Assembly (NCBI GenBank): GCA_964234715.1
Contig: OZ174275.1
Source: Podarcis melisellensis
Taxonomy: Eukaryota
Direction: 5' to 3' (one strand)
DNA: 64,000 nucleotides
Part shown: positions 24,722-37,467 of the stretch, piece after piece
Layout of the letters: each line of letters starts with the position of its first letter
Numbering within the stretch: position 1 is the stretch's first letter
Position numbers and translations under genes: made by a program
The notes under the pieces: generated by a model
Told to the model about the DNA's origin: nothing
Databases searched by the model: none
Seen by the model: only the letters and a program-made list of their open reading frames with translations

Positions 24722-24887
24722 CCAGGTGCCAGTATTTGTACAAATTCATCACAAATGGCGAAGAATGTATGTCGGAGAGTGTCAAGGTCCTGGAGTTAGA
24801 ACAGATTTTGAAATGGTTCATCTTCGCAAAGTCCCTAATCAGTATACTCACTTATCAGGATTATTGGACATCTTCAAATCTAAGATT
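24722..24887 (+). CDS. RAB3GAP1: RAB3GAP1 exon 7
   Basis: QVPVFVQIHHKWRRMYVGECQGPGVRTDFEMVHLRKVP...FKSKI. Confidence 0.94.
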
Positions 24888-26152
24888 GTAAGTATAGTTT
24901 GTGTGGGTGCATGTACGCATTTGCACGTGCCAAGAATTATTTTCTTCAGAAAAGTGGGCAAATTCTGAAAATCCTGCCTCTGTACCTATATGTTGTGCAG
25001 ATTAAAACATCATTTTATGACAGATTAATGGATATTTGGCAGGTACAGCCACAGGAGAAAGCTTTGGTTTGTATTATATCATATGAACACAGTATAGCCT
25101 TTAGGTTTTTGAAAAGAATTACTGTGGCTAAGACTTTATGGGAAATGTCTGCCAATCAATCCATTTTAATCAGGAAGACTTGGACTCTGTTCTTATTTTG
25201 ATATTAGACTTTTCCTTCTCCTTCAATGAGTAACAGTGCCATTGACAACTAATGGAGTCATCTCCATTACTAAATGCAATTGGTACTTATCTTAATCAGT
25301 TTTTATTCTGTCTCATTATGCCTGTGAAATATGAAATATTTCAGTGCTTATTTTGTAGTGTATTTAAAGTTATGCTCTTTCGATATGACAAATGTGTAAA
25401 ACAATTAATATGGGATTCAGATTTGCATTGTCATCCATGCAATAATTGCCACATGGTATGTTGACTTGCATGTGTGAATGGGCCATTGCATATTTAACAC
25501 CAAAGAGAGGACTTTCACATCACCAGGTATCATTTGATGTCATATCATAGGACACTGTTCAACAAAGTCACTTCACATACTCAGTAACCTGTCCTCAAGT
25601 GGACATAAGTACATGGGTGAACCAGTCTTTATCAGCTGTTACTTTTGATTTTCAGACACTTTAGCCCATGCTCCTAGGGAGCACAGAGGGATATTTGCAT
25701 GAGCAGTGCATCTTTCCTTTTCTGAACAGCAGTCAACCCTCTTCATAATTGCAAGCTACATCTGGAACTCAGGTGAACTTCAGAAGTAGGTTGCTATGAA
25801 GCACAGAGAAGTGACTATAATTTTTTTGTGTCCATATTACTGCTGCTAGCAATATTTCGGAAGCCAAAACTTGTTGAGTTTCCGAATACATTCAGCAGAT
25901 CAGCAGTCATGTACATTTATTATATCTGACCCATTTTAATAGTAAACCATTTATTTTGAGCTTAGGGGTATTTTGGAAGGATAGTGATGAATGATCTTCC
26001 CACCAGATAAAATGGTGGGATGTAAATTCCTAATAACATTAAAAATCTATCTCTCATAGAAACTTTCTGACACATTGCTTAGATTAAAGCAGATGTCTAG
26101 ATATATCTGCTTTGGTCCTAACTTTTTGTATTTCTTTACATATGTCTCCTAG

Positions 26153-26252
26153 GGCTGCCCTTTAACCCCATTACCTCCAATCAATATAAGTATTAGACTT
26201 ACGTACGTACTTCAGGACTGGCAGCAATATTTCTGGCCTCAACAACCACCAG
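26153..26252 (+). CDS. RAB3GAP1: RAB3GAP1 exon 8
   Basis: GCPLTPLPPINISIRLTYVLQDWQQYFWPQQPP. Confidence 0.94.
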
Positions 26253-26389
26253 GTATGATGCTTCCTTGTGTAGAACTGATAATCACTGGAAATCTGTGGC
26301 AAAGTTGGGTGTACATATTAGATGTCACCCAGTGCATAATTTTGTTACTTAATTCTGATGTAATGATCAAACATGTTTTCTGTCAATAG

Positions 26390-26471
26390 ATATAGATGCT
26401 TTGGTTGGAGGTGAAGTTGGAGGCCTCGAGTTTGGAAAGTTACCATTTGGTGCCTGTGAGGATCCCATCAG
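26390..26471 (+). CDS. RAB3GAP1: RAB3GAP1 exon 9
   Basis: DIDALVGGEVGGLEFGKLPFGACEDPIS. Confidence 0.94.
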
Positions 26472-26597
26472 GTAAGACCTGGTATAATCAAATATTTAGT
26501 TTCTAAAGTAAAATGGAATTGATCTTGTTGTGATGGGAAGCTAAATCTTCAACACTTTACTCAAAAGAAATATTGCTTATGTAATCTGACATGATAC

Positions 26598-26789
26598 AGG
26601 TAAAGGTAAAGAGACCCCTGAGCATTAGGTCCAGTCGTGACCGACTCTGGGGTTGCGGCGCTCATCTCGCTTTATTGGCCGAGGGAGCCGGTGTACAGCT
26701 TCCGGGTCATGTGGCCAGCATGACTAAGCCGCTTCTGGCGAACCAGAGCAGCGCACAGAAATGCTGTTTACCTTCCCGCTGGAGCGGTA
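26598..26789 (-). mobile_element. 5'-truncated Sauria SINE
   Basis: (ACCTTT) tail on minus strand; near-identical to copies at 32920 and 58538. Confidence 0.88.
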
Positions 26790-27545
26790 GCGTAATGCTA
26801 TTGACCAAAGCTCTTCAAATGTAATTGCTATCCATGAGCTAAAGTATTTGCTTTGTGGACTGTCCTAATTTTCAAGGCTATTTCTTCGAATAAACATTCT
26901 GTTTGCATGCAAATAGACAATGAGAAAGCACACAGATACAGTATATGTTGTGGACAGGTGTGAAGTTATGCAGCAATGACCAGGAAAATATTGGATCTCA
27001 GCTGTATATTTAAAAAATAAGACGAAAAAGACATATGTGCTATTCATAATGGACATAAGTGTATTAAACTAAAACTTGTGTGCAAAATGGTCAGATTCAC
27101 ATATAACATTAAGCTGTGGTTAACGTTAATCATAGTTAAACTTGTGGCATCTGACAGATTATTGCTTACATCTTGGTTTATTATGTGTACTTCCACATTA
27201 TAAGAAACACAAGCCAGGAAGAACTGCTCTTTCAGCTCTGTAACTTCTGGGCACTGATAGCTTCTTAACTGTAACTAAGGGGGATGTTACAGTTCATACA
27301 GAATGCTAAGCTATGGCTAACATTACCTGAGGGTTGTCAATTACAAGCTCTAGTTAAAGAGTGATTTTTAACCATTTTTAAACCGTAGTTAAGCTGCTGG
27401 ACTGGATTTGTACAACTCTAAGCCATACTTCAATAAACCACGGTTTAGAGTTAGGTTCAACCCAAGCCAATGCGTTGTGACTGTAGTCTATGGTTGTGTG
27501 GTGGTTTCCGAATTCTGTCTCCAAGTGTGCCACTTTTACTTTCAG

Positions 27546-27614
27546 TGAACTTCATCTAGCAACTACATGGCCTCATCTAACAGAAGGTATAATTGTGGAC
27601 AACGATGTTTATTC
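27546..27614 (+). CDS. RAB3GAP1: RAB3GAP1 exon 10
   Basis: ELHLATTWPHLTEGIIVDNDVYS. Confidence 0.94.
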
Positions 27615-27901
27615 GTAAGTATATTTTTGACTTCATTTTCTTTTTGTAATCAAAACATCTGAGCTTCATCTTTCAGAACACTACATAATCTAGAATTCTG
27701 GTCTAGTTGAGAAATACTTAAATATCGCTTTAGCAAACATGGTAGCTATTGTAGTAGTATGAAAGTCAATTTTGCTCATGTTATTATTATTACTACTATT
27801 ATTATTACTACAATTATTTTCTAATTTTCTCATAAGCTTGATACAGCTACTGCTTAAGAGGCAATTTAAGAAAGAAAGAAGCTGCTGTTATGACATTATT
27901 C

Positions 27902-28117
27902 TTTTTATTACTTTTATATCCCACCTTTACTCCCAAGAGCTCAAGATTGGTGTACACACCTCCTATCATGTTTTATTCTCACAAAAATCCTGTGAGGTAG
28001 GCTTGGCTGAGAGGTGGTGACTGGCCCAAGGTCACCCAGTGAGCTCCATGACTGAGTGGAGATTTGAATCTTGCTCTCTCAGGACCTAGTCCGACACCCT
28101 AACCATGACACTGCACT
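27902..28117 (-). mobile_element. old CORE/MIR-like tRNA SINE
   Basis: cctgtgaggtagg...tgactggcccaaggtcacccag...gatttgaatc (reverse B box). Confidence 0.7.
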
Positions 28118-28475
28118 GTCTACGCAACCAAGTTCTAACATTTTAATTTTAATTCCAACACTTTTCATACCGTCTTGCTGTTAGAATGGTTGAGTCAAAC
28201 TATTTTAATTGGACGCATGTGATTTTTAAAATTTGTGTTATTTCTATTTATCTGTGATGTATTTTCTTCCTCCTGCATTTGTGGTTATTTTTGCTCTTCG
28301 AATGATTGGAGCACTCAAGGATAATTGTGTCAGTTTCGTGTTAGGACTTGGATCTACAGTATGATTTACTTACACGATTGCTGTATGGTGAGAGAGCTAT
28401 CAGGAAGACACTAATAAAACCCATTGAAAGCCCAGATGTATAAGAAGGCCACTACACAATAAAATTAGATATGAG

Positions 28476-28476
<1 letters not shown>

Positions 28477-28524
<48 letters not shown>
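28477..28524. repeat. (AAT)16 microsatellite at a LINE tail
   Basis: direct reading. Confidence 0.92.
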
Positions 28525-28645
28525 TTATTTGTACCCCGCCCATCTGGCTGGGTTTGCCCAGCCACTCTGGGCAGCTTACACAAAGACCAAAAATACACTA
28601 AAATGTCATACATTAAAAACTTCCCTAAACAGGGCTGCCTTAAGA
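28525..28645 (-). mobile_element. LINE (L2-like) 3' end
   Basis: cccatctggctgggt..cccagccactctgggc; related copy at 32290-32420. Confidence 0.65.
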
Positions 28646-29431
28646 TGTTTTCTGAATGTCAGGTAGGAACTATTGAGTCATGCTGGCAGCCTTATGTAAA
28701 AAGGCTTTATGTAAAAAGGCACAGAATGGCCTTGGAAAAATCAGTCATAGATGGAGATGGAGAAGCAGTCAGTTTTAAATGGATGTATACACTGAATATG
28801 GCAGCTCCAGCCCAATCGAGCCTTGCCTGCATTAGACCACCTGTGCTTTGGGGCACCTGCTTTGGTGCAAGCCATTCATGCATTGTCAGGTTTGTCTGTT
28901 TCTTAAAGCGTGACTAATTATATGCAAAAAGCACATATTACATACACAATGCATACATGTTATGTGTATAATACTTTAAAAAGATTCAAGCACCATCTGC
29001 AGCATGATTTTTAAAGTATTAATACATGATTTCATACCGTTATATGAATTGCTGTATGCATTGTTTACTTTGGGGCAATATGCTGTGTGTAATAGTCTGC
29101 AAGAATAGTGCATAATATGTGAGAATTGTCAGTGTTTTGAGTGGAGCTGATAAAAAACCTGTTTGTTTCACATCATGATCGAGATGGGAATTAGAAAAAA
29201 ATCTGTATGGAAAAAATTCAAAATTGAGATTTACAGAAAAATCCGTTTGTAATCATAGGTGATGAAAATAACAAAATTAGGCAAAGTAAGTGACTGACAA
29301 GTGTGTTAAAGATATTCTGTAATAATCTGGTGAGGATTGACATGCAAATTCTGAGGTTGCTGTCTTCAATGGTATTTATGATTTGATGAGTGAAGAAATA
29401 AAAACATTCCTATTCTGTTTTGTTTTTTAAG

Positions 29432-29505
29432 AGACTTGGATCCTGTTCAAGCCCCTCAGTGGTCTGTAAGGGTCAGAAAAGCTGATAACCCACAGTGTTT
29501 GTTAA
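29432..29505 (+). CDS. RAB3GAP1: RAB3GAP1 exon 11
   Basis: DLDPVQAPQWSVRVRKADNPQCLL. Confidence 0.93.
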
Positions 29506-29928
29506 GTAAGCAATCCAGAGCTTATCTTTTTCTATTATTCTTTAAAATTACTTCAGGAAGATAGGAATTGGTTTTGACTAAGTTCTTGTAGAAATATATT
29601 TTTCTTGATTGTAAATTCACTTAAATCTTCAGTGTTGAGTTTGCATGTGGGAGCTCTGCTTAGGCATGAAATTCATTGTCTCTAGGCATCGAAACACTAG
29701 TAAGTTCAGGCAAGGTTGCTGCATGTGCCTTCAGGCTTGCTTGGGAGATCAGTGCTTATATGCAGTGACAATGCTATGTAAAAAAGAAAAGGTTTTTCTC
29801 ATTCCTTCCTTACTAAAATTACATATACTTAGACTGTATTAGACTCTGCTTTAGGTATGTGATTTTGGGAAAACCCTAATATTCAGAAATCTGACTGCAT
29901 AAATAATTTTTTTAATTTCCTTTTGTAG

Positions 29929-30021
29929 GTGATTTTGTCACTGAATTTTTCAAACTGTGTCGTCGGAAAGAATCGACGGATGAGATTCTTGGAAGATCAG
30001 CATTTGAAGAGGAGGGAAAAG
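29929..30021 (+). CDS. RAB3GAP1: RAB3GAP1 exon 12
   Basis: DFVTEFFKLCRRKESTDEILGRSAFEEEGK. Confidence 0.94.
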
Positions 30022-30500
30022 GTAAAAAGTCAAGTTAATTTTCTTTGCTTTTGTGCCTATGAAAGCAGCTGTAATTTTATCTGAAGCAGGAGGGTCTTGA
30101 TAGAACTAATGATAGCATCTCATGTGAGGGGCTGGGTTGAAAATACGTCGGTGTTAAAAAAAAAAAAGACCTTTCCTCAGAGCTCTTTATTTATAAGCCT
30201 CCTCTTCCTCCTCCATCATTGTCTATTTTAAATGGTGTATAAGGTTTAAGCCCTCATCTTGTCTCCCCCTTCCCTCTGCAGCATGCTCAGTTTCTTTGCA
30301 GCAGCATGTTTGAGGATACATAGCCTTGGTTACATAAAAAGTCCAGCATGGCCTAGTTCTGGATTCGGCAGCAGGTGGCACACTCGTATTTAGCAAAGTA
30401 GTTTTGCTGTTTCATACTGAAAGAGAAGGATACTGATGATGTAAATGCAAATAAAGACAAATAAATTGATAATTGTAACTGTGGCCTTGATATTTTGTAG

Positions 30501-30667
30501 ATGCTGACATAAGCCATGCATTGTCAAAGCTCACAGAACCAGCACCTGTCCCAATCCATAAACTGTCTGTGACAAATATGGTTCACACAGCAAAGAAAAA
30601 GATTCGCAAACACAGAGGTGTAGATGAATCACCATTAAATAATGACGTCCTCAATACTATTCTTTTG
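30501..30667 (+). CDS. RAB3GAP1: RAB3GAP1 exon 13
   Basis: ADISHALSKLTEPAPVPIHKLSV...NDVLNTILL. Confidence 0.94.
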
Positions 30668-30933
30668 GTAAGTAAACTAGCTGTGCTGTTGCATTTAATG
30701 ATGATGCTTTATAATATTTAAATTCGCATTCTCCTGCGGCCAAGAGTGTCTTTGCCCAGTGTCAGTGCACACTGCAGGGGTACAAATCATTTTATAAAGT
30801 TCTTGCTTCCCTCTGTAGAGGAGTAAATGGTATCTAGGATATATGATAAAGAGTTATTGCAGAACTTAATAGCTGTGGGAAATGGCAAAGACAACATATT
30901 TGAAAACTGACAGTATGTACTTTCCCCCTCAAG

Positions 30934-31032
30934 TACTTATTCCCTGATGCTGCTGACAAATCAGCAGATGGATCTGAAGCCAGAACTAGTCCTTCAGCAG
31001 GATGCCTCCCACCCACAGACAATGAAGACTAT
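30934..31032 (+). CDS. RAB3GAP1: RAB3GAP1 exon 14
   Basis: YLFPDAADKSADGSE...DNEDY. Confidence 0.92.
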
Positions 31033-31070
31033 GTAAGTTCAATTTGCTTCCGTGACTAATATTTACCAAA

Positions 31071-31084
31071 TCTATCTATCTATC

Positions 31085-31124
<40 letters not shown>
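31071..31124. repeat. (TATC)n microsatellite
   Basis: direct reading. Confidence 0.9.
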
Positions 31125-31126
<2 letters not shown>

Positions 31127-31290
31127 TGTCCAGTAGCACCTTAGAGACCAACTAAGTTTGTTCTGGGTATAAGCTTTCGTGTATGAAAGCTTATACCCAG
31201 AAACAACTTAGTTGGTGTCTAAGGTGCTACTGGACAATTTTTTTATATATTTTGACTGCGTCAGACCAGCATGGCTACCTACCTGAATCT
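31125..31290. mobile_element. Penelope-like retroelement terminus forming an inverted repeat
   Basis: arms 31125-31178 and 31185-31238 (cagtagcaccttagagaccaac...), followed by gaccagcatggctacc. Confidence 0.7.
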
Positions 31291-31640
31291 ACCTACCAAA
31301 TCTGAATGGCTTTTAATAAAAGGAAAACACAACCTAAAGGTCTGCTTGGGGGCTTTTGTTATCTGTCCATTTTAGTTATAAAAGGATGAGTTTTCATATA
31401 CAAACCTTTGTTTTTATTAGCTTTGTTTCTAACTATATTTTAGAGACTGGAGTTGTGTATATCCTGTTTTTTAAAGACATTATTAACATTTTCTGAAGGG
31501 CAACACAGTTATCAAATAAGTAAGATGAATTCTGCAGGTATTATAAATTAAGGAAACTTACATAATTTGCTTATTTTTTAAATAACACAAAATATTTTTT
31601 CATGCTTTTTTGTCTTTGCCCTGCTTCTTCCTGTGTATAG

Positions 31641-31813
31641 AACATCTACATCCAGTTCAAATCTGCCCCTTCAGACAGCTTAACTTACAAACTGGCCCTT
31701 TGTCTTTGTATGATCAACTTCTACCATGGTGGGGTCAAAGGAGTTGCACATCTCTGGCAGGAGTTTGTCTTGGAAATGCGCTACAGATGGGAGAACAACT
31801 TCTTTATCCCAGG
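31641..31813 (+). CDS. RAB3GAP1: RAB3GAP1 exon 15
   Basis: NIYIQFKSAPSDSLTYKLALCLCMINFYHGGVKGVAHLWQEFVLEMRYRWENNFFIPG. Confidence 0.95.
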
Positions 31814-32289
31814 GTGAATTATATTCGTATTTATTAGCATCATTTAGTTGCAGTTTAATTAATACAGGCTGTAATTTAGAACTTCCACTGTCAGGATGAG
31901 AGAGCCAGATTTTCCTGGCATCTCAGAGGCATTCTTGTTTACAGCCAGTTAACTTGATTGTGTAAAATATAGTGGGGAACTATTTACATTTTTGTTGATT
32001 CTTCTTCCATGTAGCTCAGAATTAAATTCTAGATTAACCCTATCAGGGAGGTCAGTCTGATTAATTGTGATGGATCCTTCTCATTTCATTTACTTAATTT
32101 TAAAAATGTTGGATATTTTGTAATTACTTATTTTTGGTTTTTATTTGTATTATAGCTTTTGAGATTTAAAAGTTTATTTTTAAAAAAATAACTGATGGAT
32201 CCAAGTGCATCTAGGTTGCAATTCATCATAAGGGGCAGGTGCTTGATAAAGGTGTAATAATAATAATAATTATATATATATATATATAT

Positions 32290-32420
32290 ATGCCACTGCT
32301 ACCCATCTGACTGGGTTGCCCCAGCCACTCTGGGCTGCTTCCAGCAAATTATAAAATTACAGTAAAACACCACACATTAAAAACTTCCCTTTACAGCCTT
32401 CAGATGTCTTTTAAAAGTCA
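32290..32420 (-). mobile_element. LINE (L2-like) 3' end with (TAA)/(TA) tail
   Basis: similar to 28525-28645. Confidence 0.6.
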
Positions 32421-32638
32421 AATACAGTAGTTGTTTGTTTCCCTGAATTCTTGTGTGTATTTGCAAGCAGGTCTTAAAGCAGATATGCTTGATTGTGGCC
32501 CAGGGCCCTCATTAAAATCTGCTATACCTTGGTGCTGCTCCTTCTGAAAACTACATTTTTTACTGTACATCTTGCTGCAAGTACTAGTTTACAACATGGT
32601 TTTTATGTAATAATAATACAGATGTAACTTCATATTAG

Positions 32639-32693
32639 GTTAACAAGTGGTGCTCCAGATCTGAGATGTTGTTTACTGCACCAGAAACTCCAG
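32639..32693 (+). CDS. RAB3GAP1: RAB3GAP1 exon 16
   Basis: LTSGAPDLRCCLLHQKLQ. Confidence 0.94.
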
Positions 32694-32919
32694 GTAATTA
32701 TCGCAAAATAAGTTATCTATCAGTCTAGGATACAAGATAATGATATTTAATGCTTTACAAAATATAAAATAGGATCTGGTACTTTTTTATTGTTGCAGAA
32801 ATTGTTAAGAATTGTAAAATGTATCCTACCATTACCATATTAGTTGGGTAGCATATCAGATTGTTACAGAAATAATCAGCGAGTTGAGTTTTATTCATTG
32901 TTAGTCATGCTCAAGAGTA

Positions 32920-33230
32920 AGTAAAGGGATCCCTGACTGCTAGGTCCAGTCGTGGACGACTCTGGGGTTGCAGCGCTCATCTTGCTTTATTGGCCAGCAT
33001 GACTAAGCCGCTTTTGGCAAACCAGAGCAGCGCACAGAAACGCCGTTTACCTTCCCGCCAGAGTGGTACCTATTTATCTACTTGCACTTTGACGTGCTTT
33101 CAAACTGCTAGGTTGGCAGGAGCAGGGACCAAGCAACGGGAGCTCACCCCGTCGCGGGGATTCGAACTGCCGACTTCTGATCGGCAAGCCCTAGGCTCTA
33201 TGGTTTAGACCACAGTGCCACCTGCGTCCC
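32920..33230 (-). mobile_element. Sauria SINE with intact ends (small internal deletion)
   Basis: 5' GGGACGCAGGTGGCACTGTGG, B box GTTCGAATCCC, perfect 13-bp TSD ATGCTCAAGAGTA (32907, 33231). Confidence 0.93.
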
Positions 33231-33476
33231 ATGCTCAAGAGTAGGACCACTTTAATAATGGACAATACTAACTTGGGTTAATGAATTTCAGTGGGTCTGC
33301 TCTGAGTATGTGGGTGATGACATGTGAACAGAAGTGTCTTCGTGCTGTGCAAGCGCAGGTGTCAATCTTGGCTGTTTTTACATAAGTTGCGTTACACAGC
33401 TTAATGGAAATAATTGCCACTGTGGAAGAGTGTGCATATCTGTCCTAATAAGTTTTCAATGTGCTTTCATTTCCAG

Positions 33477-33830
33477 ATGTTAAATTGTTGTATTGAAAGA
33501 AAGAAAGCAAGGGATGAGGGGAAAAAAGGAAATAATTCTGATCGCTCTTCTGGAGACATTGGAAAATCAAGTGACTTGGTGGGTAAAGACTATTTAAAAG
33601 AGGGTGATAAGGAAAAAGGAGAAGTAGGAAAGTCTTGGGACTCCTGGAGTGACAGTGAAGAAGAATTTTTTGAATGCCTAAGTGACACAGAGGAACTTAA
33701 AGGAAATGGACAAGAAGGTGGGAAGAAAGGGGCTGCAAAAGAGGCATTAAAGCCAGAAGGTCGTTTACATCAGCATGGCAATTTGACTTTGCTTCATCCT
33801 GGAGACCCCCTCTATGTTCCAGTAACACAG
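33477..33830 (+). CDS. RAB3GAP1: RAB3GAP1 exon 17 (FFAT-like acidic motif)
   Basis: MLNCCIERKKARDE...SWSDSEEEFFECLSD...PLYVPVTQ. Confidence 0.95.
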
Positions 33831-34223
33831 GTTAGACCTGGAATTATTTCTGGTTTTCTGATTTCTGTTAACTTGTTTCACTTGTCATACCTGTTAGAGG
33901 TAGCTACACATAGGAAGAAATATGGCACTACTACGTTGATTTTGTTTCTCCTGCATAGTGGTGACAAGTTTCGCCTGTAAAAGTAAGGTGACTTTTAAAG
34001 CCAGACCATTGGTACATCTAGGTTGGAGTAGTCCTGCCTCCATCCTTTTTCTCCTTCAAACCCTGGTTTGATCTTAGTTTGTGGTCATATTAAAGCGTTT
34101 CCTAACTTGGACTGTGAAAAAGAGTTCCTTGAATAAATAAAGCCACAAGGATTGTTGTTCTGTTGATACCAAGCCTGAATGGAATTCCCCGTGTAAGAAA
34201 TGCCTGTTCTTTGTACTTTTCAG

Positions 34224-34361
34224 GAACCAGCTCCTATGACCGAGGATCTTCTGGAAGAACAGTCTGAAGTATTGGCTAAACTGGGAACATCAGCAGAAGG
34301 GGCTCATCTTCGTGCACGCATGCAGAGCGCCTGTTTGCTTTCTGATATGGAATCTTTCAAG
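34224..34361 (+). CDS. RAB3GAP1: RAB3GAP1 exon 18
   Basis: EPAPMTEDLLEEQSEVLAKLGTSAEGAHLRARMQSACLLSDMESFK. Confidence 0.95.
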
Positions 34362-35879
34362 GTGGATACATGATTCTGTATTCCATTGGACTGTCTTAGT
34401 GATGAATATACTAGTGTAAACACTCCAGTCAGTCGGAAAGGGCACAATTACAGGATTTCCCCCCAGGAACCTCTTTCACAATTGCTTTCCTTCCATTTTA
34501 CTTGGTTGTTCTTTGTATAACTATCACCTTCACTGTAGTTTAAAATGTTCATTTCTATATTGCTCTAATTTGCCTGGTGTTTGTCTCTGATAATGCACTC
34601 ATTTTGACTCAGTGTCAGTCATTTGAGGGAAAATCAGCTGATGTTTTTGTTTTGAAATAGAAGTAGTTGGTCAGATACTTTATACCTTCTGGAATTACTC
34701 TTTTCAAAGCAGGAATTGTGATTTCCCCCTAAATCACAAAAGCCTATTTACTCAAGCTGAGGACAGCTTAGTCTTATTGAAGTCAATCCAGTGTACATAT
34801 TAACTGGCTTTGAAGCTCACAGCTTTGGACTTTTAGTACATGTCATGGTGAATAAGACTACTACATTGAGCTTTCTGAGGTATTTGAATGTGTGCTTTCA
34901 TTGTTTTTGTTTTATTTTTGTGATCTCTCTGAAATTGTATTCTGTAGCTTTAAGAGCTAGGTGTATAACAACATAAGTATTCTGCCTAGGCTTGCTTTTC
35001 AAACATAAGCATACAGATCTGTGCTATAAGAGGTTACCCATTATAAACTCTGTCCAAGTTGTCCCTCCAAATTATTTGTATGGATTGCTTTATAATATTT
35101 TTGTGAGCTACTGAATTAATGAGGGAGGAAAAGGTGTGAAACATATCTTAATATTAGAAGCTTCCAACTTCCTCATATATGACCAGGGCATTACATCTTG
35201 GGCAGCTTCTCATCTATCTTGTATATTAAAGCACTCCAATTTCCTAGATGTGGCACAACAATTTAAAATAGGCTAGAGAAATCAGGTTGCAAAAAAGGTA
35301 TCATGGTAGGTGGAATTCTAAATATAATGATGGTTGGTATAAAAGTATTGTAAATAAATGTTTGTTCACCAATGCAAATTATTCCTTTTTCTTCCAGACT
35401 TTTCAGAGGTAGGGGCGGGTTCCTTCCTATCTCGTTTCTGTCTATTTTAAATAAGAAAGTGGTGATAATGCATTTTGTTCTTGGGTATTTTTACCTGAGT
35501 TTTAGTTTGTAGGGCCACTTAAGGTATTACAATATAATTACATTCTGTATTCACAGTGTAAAAATTAGAGTGGGATTAGCTACTAAGTCACCAGAGATAA
35601 CATTTCCCCTCTCATTGCAAAACTCAAACAGAAGTGGATCTTGTGAAGCTGCTCTGGGAATTCTGAATAATAAAAATTCACGTCTGACTTTTATGACAAG
35701 TTGGCAACTTTAATTTTAGGAGGTGTATATGTATCTTTTAAAAAATGCAAGTATTGAAATGTAGTGTGTAGGTGCCCCTAAGTCACTTGTGCTTCTCTCA
35801 CCTGATATACAGCTTGGAAAGTATGTGGGGAAAAATAAAATGTTCTGGTTTTGCTTTCTCCACCCACACTGCATCCTAG

Positions 35880-36107
35880 GCTGCCAACCCTGGTTGTTGT
35901 CTGGAGGATTTTGTGAGATGGTATTCACCTCGGGATTACATTGAAGAGGAAATTGTGGATGAAAAGGGGGATGTAGTCATCAGGGGTGAACTGAGCGCTC
36001 GAATGAAGATTCCAAGTAATATGTGGGTTGAAGCCTGGGAGACGGCGAAGCCGATTCCGGCAAGAAGGCAGAGACGGCTTTTTGATGACACTCGGGAGGC
36101 AGAGAAG
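35880..36107 (+). CDS. RAB3GAP1: RAB3GAP1 exon 19 (catalytic Arg region)
   Basis: AANPGCCLEDFVRWYSPRDY...LSARMKIPSNMWVEAW...EAEK. Confidence 0.96.
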
Positions 36108-36976
36108 GTAAGAGGACTTGCGACAGGCTGCACAGACACTGCCCATTTCCATGGGAACTTTGTGTCTTGGCTTTCCTGAATCTCTCCAGCTGACTATGCA
36201 GGTCACATTTAAGGTTGGACTGAATAATGCAGTTTCCTTCTGGAATTATAATTCCCTGGAATGACGGTTATTTTGTTTGTGGAAACATGTAGACAAAATC
36301 AGCAAAGGCACTTGAAGTAACTTTGGAGATCAGTAGCACTTAGGTATTGTAAGCGCTTTGGGAATGAAGCCTCTCATAGTTTTTACTTAGCAGTAATTGT
36401 GGTAGAGCTCCCTTTCAGCTGTCTGCATGCTGCCCTTTATCAGTTCCAAACACTTTCCCTTTTCCTTCCAGCATTCGCCACTTTGTTCCCCAACACCTGT
36501 CTCATCCAAAAATTGCACCTGATCAGTGGAAAGCACCTCTCCATAGCCTCACTTATTGGGATGTTCTCTTAGTAGCTTCCAAAAGCTGTTTGTTAATGCA
36601 TTAAATACATAGCTGTGGAGTTTTGTTTCTGCTCTTGTGCTTTAAACAGTCATTGCTTTTGCTGAGTTCAATCATGTTCAGATCATCTGAATTCTCCTAT
36701 GATAGACACAGAACTTGTAGTTCCCCAAAGAACAAATGTTTCTCTAGTCTAAAGTACCAGAGGAAAGTTTTCGGAAATGTTTCCCCAGAATTTATGGGCA
36801 TTTTTATGAAGGCCATGAAGTATTAACGTAGAAGATTTATTTTAGTACCCTAGTTGCCATAATATGTGTACTTTAAAATACTGGAGAGAAGGTGAGATTC
36901 ATTGTGCAGAATCAAGATGATCAGATATGAATGAGAACATTATTGGCATGATGTAATCCTGTTACCATACCTTCAG

Positions 36977-37073
36977 GTGCTGCACTATTTAGCAGGTCAG
37001 AAACCAGCAGATCTTGCAAGGCATCTTCTGCCTTGTGTCATCCATGCAGCTGTACTCAAGGTAAAGGAAGAAG
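36977..37073 (+). CDS. RAB3GAP1: RAB3GAP1 exon 20
   Basis: VLHYLAGQKPADLARHLLPCVIHAAVLKVKEE. Confidence 0.94.
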
Positions 37074-37158
37074 GTAAATAACACTTGTTTTAAAAATGCA
37101 GTATACTTTGTGTGAAGGTGGAATTATTATTACAATATACTTCATGTTTTAACAACAG

Positions 37159-37262
37159 AATCGGTGGAAGATATTTCTTCAGTAAAGAAGATAATTAAGC
37201 AGATAATCACCCACTCCAGTAAAGTCCTCCGGTTTCCAAACCCAGAAGACAAAAAATTAGAA
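37159..37262 (+). CDS. RAB3GAP1: RAB3GAP1 exon 21
   Basis: SVEDISSVKKIIKQIITHSSKVLRFPNPEDKKLE. Confidence 0.94.
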
Positions 37263-37351
37263 GTAAGGGGTTTACTTAACTAAGTTTGAGAAGGAATGTC
37301 TTTAAAAGTAAGTCATATAACAAAATGGAAAATGCTTTCTCTCTTACGCAG

Positions 37352-37467
37352 GAAATTATTAGTCAGATTTTGAATGTGGAAGCCACTATTGCTCGGGCAA
37401 GGTCACTGAAAGCCAAATTTGGAGTAGAGAAATGTGAACAGGAAGATGAACGCAAAGATCTAGAAAA
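37352..37467 (+). CDS. RAB3GAP1: RAB3GAP1 exon 22
   Basis: EIISQILNVEATIARARSLKAKFGVEKCEQEDERKDLEK. Confidence 0.94.

Noticed and set aside
26591-26824. Similar small ORFs here, at 32990 and 58475 (ASMTKPLLANQSS)
   Set aside because: Antisense translation of Sauria SINE copies, not a gene family
28471-28917. 148-aa poly-Asn ORF
   Set aside because: (AAT)n microsatellite plus LINE tail
33831-35879. Looked for an intronic snoRNA or miRNA in RAB3GAP1
   Set aside because: No convincing C/D or H/ACA structure visible; needs an Infernal/Rfam scan
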